Shown: one piece after another, positions 1 to 64,000 of the stretch
How positions within the stretch are numbered: the stretch's first letter is position 1
Layout of the letters: every line of letters begins with the position of its first letter
Source: Hydrolagus colliei
Taxonomy: Eukaryota
Direction of reading: 5' to 3'
DNA length: 64,000 nt
NCBI GenBank assembly: GCA_035084275.1
Contig: CM068772.1
Span: 3,038,001-3,102,000, forward strand
The notes under the pieces: model-generated
Told to the model about the DNA's origin: nothing
The model's input: the letters and a program-made list of their open reading frames with translations, nothing else
Database searches by the model: none
Position numbers and translations under genes: made by a program

Positions 1-292
1 TGCACAAACCATGGATTAGCTGCAATATTTGCATCAAAGAACAGACAAAGGAATTACTTAGCAAGTTGTTAAAATTACAATTTATTATTCACCAACACCG
101 CGAAGATGCCATCACAAGATCACAGCTCTCCTTTGTAACATCGTACATTTCTTGAATATTGAATTTATTGGGAGCCTGGCAATGATGGGGGTTAATGGAC
201 GTATGAAGGTTTGTATTATTTAGGATGAAAACCTATCTTTGACTGAATTTAAAAGAACTTTAAAACAGAAAAGAGGGCAAAGGTTGACTTAC

Positions 293-62712
<62,420 letters not shown>

Positions 62713-63569
62713 CTGGAAATATTGCAAAATATTAATATTTTAATAATTAAAATATGAATAGAAAATTCACAAAAAAAATACAGGTATTCTGTGAAGTGCA
62801 ATGAAATGCTTCAATGACAGATAAGGCGCTATATCAAATGCAAGCATTATTTATATATTCAATTTAATTAATAATCATTACATTTGATATAGTGCCTTTC
62901 ATGTTAGGACATGCTTCACAGGATGCACTGTGTATGCACTTATCCTCTAACAATGCAGGTCATCCAAAACTGCCACAGATGTTCCTTTGGGACTAATACC
63001 GACGGGAAAGGCATTCTATAAACGTAACTTCTGTTGTTGTTGCTGAAATAATTGACCCTTGCATGTGCCAGTATGAAAAAAAGGGATAGATTGCAGATTG
63101 AATTTGAATGCTGCAAGTGCAGGGTTGGCTGCCAGAGACAAAACATCATTCTCACATAGGAATTGAAGGCAGAAAAGAAGTAGTTCCGCCACACAAAGAT
63201 AGAAACACGTGGGAAGAAAGACAAAAAGGATTAAAATGAATTTTCTCCTTTTAAGGTATGTGGTAAATCTTAGTTCCAAATAAAATGCTTGCAAAACTAT
63301 TGTGAGTAAATGCACCATATTGCATGAAAATATCTCATTAAATCAAAATTAATTTTATTTAGTCATTTAAGACTTTTCCTACTATCAAATATTTCACCCA
63401 GAACAGAAGTAATGAACAGGAAGAGAATCCTACAAGTCAGGGAAGCACAGGTGCTAATCGTGAGCCTTCGATAAATAGCTCAAGCATTTTATGAATGTCA
63501 CCAAATTCTAAGAATGAATTGTTCTAATGCATACATATTTATGTAGTGTAGTTTAAGATATTTCGATCA

Positions 63570-63715
63570 TTAATAATAATGCTTGCATTTGATATTGTCA
63601 CACGCCTTGGGACGTCCTCCCGACGTGAAAGGCGCTTTATAAGTTTAAGTTGTTGTTGTTGTTGCATCTTATCACTACATTAAAACATCTCAAAACGCTT
63701 CACAGAATATACTCA
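63570..63715. mobile_element. SINE tail (minus strand) interrupted by a short L2 3' tail (plus strand)
   Basis: cgccttgggacgtcctcccgacgtgaaaggcgct...(gtt)n at about 63603-63664 splits a taataataatgcttgcatttgata...cgcttcacagaatatact SINE end. Confidence 0.65.
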
Positions 63716-64000
63716 GCAAACAATCGATAGGTGTAAATGGGCAATAAACTATTGTTGGATGAAACTAGAACTCATTTGACCATTAACAAGAACAACAAAA
63801 AAAATTACATTTGCATAGCACCTTTGCCAATTAATATAATCCAAAGGGATGCTAAAGGGAACTACCAGTATTGAAATCTCCACTATTAGTTTACTATTTG
63901 TTCTCTATCATGCACACATACATAACTTGATCTTCGGTTAACATAAGGAATGACTACTGAATGCAAATGGTTCACAAGGAATAGTGCCCTTCAGGGAAAT

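Overview
This is AT-rich vertebrate genomic DNA, not prokaryotic. The repeat families (tRNA-derived SINE with an L2-type (TTA)n tail, L2/CR1 LINEs, DeuSINE-like relics) suggest a cartilaginous fish, possibly a chimaera; that assignment is inference. The whole window lies inside one minus-strand gene, LRP1. I read 44 constitutive coding exons, equivalent to human exons 3-46 (numbering recalled, by homology), from 62712 down to 293. They total 7458 nt with consistent splice phases and cover CR2, EGF1-10, six YWTD beta-propellers, ligand-binding cluster II (CR3-CR10) and CR11. Exons 1-2 and 47 onward lie outside the window. The most notable items are: (1) a 51-nt frame-preserving cassette exon (35743-35793) encoding a second acidic C-terminal half of CR6, with a downstream YCAY cluster; (2) a decayed plus-strand relic resembling a KDZ (Kyakuja-Dileera-Zisupton) transposase in intron 30; (3) a GC-AG intron; (4) an in-frame alternative donor at exon 5; (5) a young Tc2-like MITE. 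Repeat boundaries are approximate and family calls come from motif recognition, not database searches.
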